A stretch of 64,000 bases of DNA from Candidatus Kapaibacteriales bacterium. GTDB lineage: Bacteria > Bacteroidota > Ignavibacteria > Kapaibacteriales > UBA2268. Shown piece by piece: positions 61,389 through 64,000 of the stretch. Below the pieces are notes generated by a model, which was not told the DNA's origin, ran no database searches, and saw only the letters and a list, made by a program, of their open reading frames with translations. The stretch is from the NCBI GenBank assembly GCA_965661945.1, contig CBFIFP010000001.1, positions 777,103 to 841,102 on the forward strand, written 5' to 3'. Both the position numbers and the translations under genes were made by a program. Position 1 is the stretch's first letter. Each line of letters opens with the position of its first letter.

Positions 61389-62590
61389 ATAATGATGAAA
61401 ATATATTAAGCATTTCAAAACTAACTAATCTAATTCAAAATGATTTAGAGTCTAACTTTGCTGATATTGCAGTAGAAGGTGAAATTTCAAACTTCAAACA
61501 ACACAGTTCTGGGCATAAATATTTTAGTTTAAAAGATGATAACGCTCAAATATCAGCAGTGATGTGGAAAGGTCAACGCCTTAGTTTTGTTCCTGATGAT
61601 GGTCAAAAAGTTATTGCCTTTGGACGCATTACGGTATATCCTCCAAGAGGTTCATACCAAATGCAAGTTAATATGATGACTCCTAAAGGAATTGGTGATT
61701 TATTTTTAAAATTAGAACAATTGAAAAATAAATTAAAGAGTAAAGGTTTTTTTGAATACGAAAGAAAACGCCCTATTCCACAATTCCCTGAAATTATTGG
61801 TGTTTCTACTTCACCTACTGGTGCCGCTGTAAGAGATATTATAACAACAATTCGCAGACGCTACCCTATTGCAAAAGTTTATTTAAGGCCAACTGTAGTA
61901 CAAGGGGATAATGCCGCTCCAGATATTGTAAAAGCAATTTCAGAATTGAATAATATAAACTGTGATGTTATTATAATTGGTCGTGGTGGTGGCTCAATTG
62001 AAGACTTATGGGCTTTTAATATGGAAGAGGTAGCTGAGGCAATCTATAACTCTAAATCTCCTATTATTTCTGCGGTTGGTCACGAAACAGATTTTACTAT
62101 TTCTGACCTTGTTGCAGATTTAAGAGCTGCAACCCCAACCGCCGCTGGCGAACTTGCTACTCCATATAAAATAGATGATTTACAAAACTATATCTCGCAA
62201 CAAGAAAGTACAATTTCCGATATTCTCTATCAACAAATTGATGAAATCAAGCTTACATTAAATGATTTTGAAAAAGAAAGAACGAAAAATTTAATTTTTA
62301 ATAAATTAATATATTTTAATCAAAAAATTGATTTTACTCAAGACTCAATGTACAATCAAATAAAATCAAAATTAAAAGATTTGAAATATAGGATTAATAA
62401 CTTTGATTCAGAATTAAAATCAATAAATCCAGATCTGCCATTAAGTAGAGGTTATGCTATGATTAAAAGAAATGGCAAAATATTAAAATCAAATGATAAG
62501 CTGAAATTAAGCGATAAAATTGAAATAGTCCGACAACAACAAACGAATAAAGCGGTAGTAATTAATAAAAACCAAGAAGATTTATTTTAA
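61385..62590 (+). CDS. xseA: exodeoxyribonuclease VII large subunit
   Basis: 401 aa. N-terminal OB-fold (ISKLTNLIQNDLE...AVEGEISNFKQHSSGHKYFSLKD) and the central IGVSTSPTGAAVRDI...GRGGGSIEDLWAFN are XseA motifs. Confidence 0.85.
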   Translation: MNNDENILSISKLTNLIQNDLESNFADIAVEGEISNFKQHSSGHKYFSLKDDNAQISAVMWKGQRLSFVPDDGQKVIAFGRITVYPPRGSYQMQVNMMTPKGIGDLFLKLEQLKNKLKSKGFFEYERKRPIPQFPEIIGVSTSPTGAAVRDIITTIRRRYPIAKVYLRPTVVQGDNAAPDIVKAISELNNINCDVIIIGRGGGSIEDLWAFNMEEVAEAIYNSKSPIISAVGHETDFTISDLVADLRAATPTAAGELATPYKIDDLQNYISQQESTISDILYQQIDEIKLTLNDFEKERTKNLIFNKLIYFNQKIDFTQDSMYNQIKSKLKDLKYRINNFDSELKSINPDLPLSRGYAMIKRNGKILKSNDKLKLSDKIEIVRQQQTNKAVVINKNQEDLF

Positions 62591-62609
62591 ATATTAAACA
62601 ACAAAAAAT

Positions 62610-62819
62610 ATGAAATTTGAAGATAAAATAAAAAGAATCGAAGAAATTGCCTCTGAAATGGAAATGAAAGATATTGAACTAGAAAATCTTATCAAACTTT
62701 ATGAAGAAGGAATAAAACTCACTCGTGAAGCTCGTACTTTTTTAGAGAAAGCTGAATTAAAAATCTCCAAAATCAACGGCGAAAGCATAAAAGAAGTTAA
62801 AGAAGCAGAGTTTGAGTAA
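62610..62819 (+). CDS. xseB: exodeoxyribonuclease VII small subunit
   Basis: 69 aa. FEDKIKRIEEIASEME...LENLIKLYEEGIKLTREARTFLEKAELKI is the XseB helical pattern, directly after xseA. Confidence 0.8.
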   Translation: MKFEDKIKRIEEIASEMEMKDIELENLIKLYEEGIKLTREARTFLEKAELKISKINGESIKEVKEAEFE

Positions 62820-62965
62820 CAAGTTTGAAATTTTGTTTTAATAGACTTACATACAGTAAAAAATAGTCAAGAAAATATAATTAGCTTAAAATAGCTGATG
62901 TATATTTATAAGAATTTATGATTATTTTAATAGAAAATCTTGTTATAATTAGCTATAGATTAATT

Positions 62966-64000
62966 CTAAGGTCCAATGTATATAAAACCTTCGTTTTGGA
63001 AACCAGAAGAGCGATTATAGATGTTTCCTAATACTCTTAAGTCATTTACTGCAGATTGATTACTAAACATTGCGCTACCAATAATAGTTAAGTTACCTCT
63101 AATATTTAGATTACTTGCTACTGTTTTGGTGCCGATATTATTTACTAACACATTTCCGTAACCTAATGTTGTATTGAAATTAAGTGGAAGTAAACTTATT
63201 GTTTGGGTTGAGCCATTGAACTCGAACGTAGAGTTAGGGTCAATACTATATTGAGAAAAACCGGGTATTGAAATTTGTGCATTATTCAAATCACCAATTA
63301 TTATTTTAGTATCATCAGCGATGATAAATTCGCCATTATTTGTACCAGTTACAATTTTATCTTCAATATCAAATGTACCGCTTGAAATTGTTAAATCATT
63401 ATTTACTGTTACATTTGATTCTAGAGTTATAATTGCATCCGAATCATTAGTTAAATTATTAACTTCATTTGGCAATCCATTTCCTGTTATACCATTTGCA
63501 ATCGCTGTGTAGATAAAGTTTCCATTATTGTGATTGCTTGGGTTATAGTCCCTTGTTGAAGTTCTTATATTCCCAGCGTTTGTTGGATTTAAAGTTATAC
63601 CATCAATATCACCCATAGATAAAATACCACCAGAATTTAAAGTAAATGTTCCATCGCCACTTAATACATAAGTATCCATTGTTAATTGACCTTGTTCGCC
63701 AGAAGGACCTGCTTGTTCTAAAGTAAATGTTCTTCCAGCTAAAATTGATATATCGGTATCCAATGTTATATTATCTCCATCACCAATGAAAGCATTATCT
63801 CTTGAACGAGGAGAAAAGCCAGAGGGATAAACACTACCATAACCATATAAAGACCAGTTACCTGCCTCAGAGAATGAACCGGAAGAAGTAGAGTATATAT
63901 TTTGGAAAAAGTCTTCTGGACCTACAACATAAGTACCAAAACTTGACATTACTGAACTGACTGATGAGTTTGTAGTTGTCCCTGATGATAAAAATTGAGA
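62966..64000 (-). CDS. C-terminal part of a large secreted/surface repeat protein (N/G/T/S-rich, beta-helix-like); 5' end outside the window
   Basis: The frame stays open past the listed Met to the window edge. The sequence is dominated by GxN/T repeats (LTISSGTFDIEDKIVTGTNNGEFIIADDTKIIIGDLNN...), typical of beta-helical adhesin-like or T9SS-type cargo proteins. Lack of cysteines is a common feature of these. Confidence 0.5.
   Translation of the reverse strand, partial: SQFLSSGTTTNSSVSSVMSSFGTYVVGPEDFFQNIYSTSSGSFSEAGNWSLYGYGSVYPSGFSPRSRDNAFIGDGDNITLDTDISILAGRTFTLEQAGPSGEQGQLTMDTYVLSGDGTFTLNSGGILSMGDIDGITLNPTNAGNIRTSTRDYNPSNHNNGNFIYTAIANGITGNGLPNEVNNLTNDSDAIITLESNVTVNNDLTISSGTFDIEDKIVTGTNNGEFIIADDTKIIIGDLNNAQISIPGFSQYSIDPNSTFEFNGSTQTISLLPLNFNTTLGYGNVLVNNIGTKTVASNLNIRGNLTIIGSAMFSNQSAVNDLRVLGNIYNRSSGFQNEGFIYIGP

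Overview
This is a low-GC (roughly 30%) bacterial chromosomal segment, mostly housekeeping genes. The lineage is not determinable from sequence alone. A GWxTD-domain protein, SanA/DUF218 genes and many lipobox signals are compatible with an FCB-group (Ignavibacteria/Bacteroidota-like) organism. The window starts with the rpsB(partial)-tsf-pyrH-frr ribosome-recycling cluster. A minus-strand block follows: comF-like, an M24 Xaa-Pro aminopeptidase, two SanA/DUF218 genes and an FkpA-type PPIase lipoprotein. Next comes the complete rif/beta operon on the minus strand, in the order tRNA-Tyr/Gly/Thr/Trp, secE, nusG, rplK, rplA, rplJ, rplL, rpoB, rpoC, with no tuf. After that come a DUF559/Vsr-like nuclease fusion, a four-S1-domain protein, a ClC channel, an S9 peptidase, an FAH-family hydrolase, nadK, xerD, rsfS, argS, asd, a ymdB-like gene, purK, clpP, hpnC/hpnD, marC, a GWxTD protein, ispD, an NYN+cold-shock fusion, hppA (H+-PPase), a split transketolase, a PAS histidine kinase, a MATE pump, rpsD, tig, tRNA-Leu, a pcrA/uvrD helicase, xseA/xseB and a partial large N/G/T-rich surface protein at the window end. 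No CRISPR array, integrase-bearing prophage or IS element is seen. The non-housekeeping signals are: (1) a ~2.8 kb, extremely AT-rich two-gene segment encoding secreted proteins, bounded by 51-bp direct repeats (49/51 identical), one of which is the 3' end of a sanA-like gene, plus a 12-bp x5 tandem repeat in its upstream region; (2) a decayed toxin-antitoxin-like locus (PIN-domain pseudogene plus start-less HigA-like HTH) hidden in the ~750 bp gap between argS and asd; (3) a DUF559 PD-(D/E)xK nuclease with an uncharacterised ~140-aa N-terminal domain next to the tRNA cluster; (4) several unusual domain fusions. All calls were made by eye from the translations and sequence; no database searches were run.
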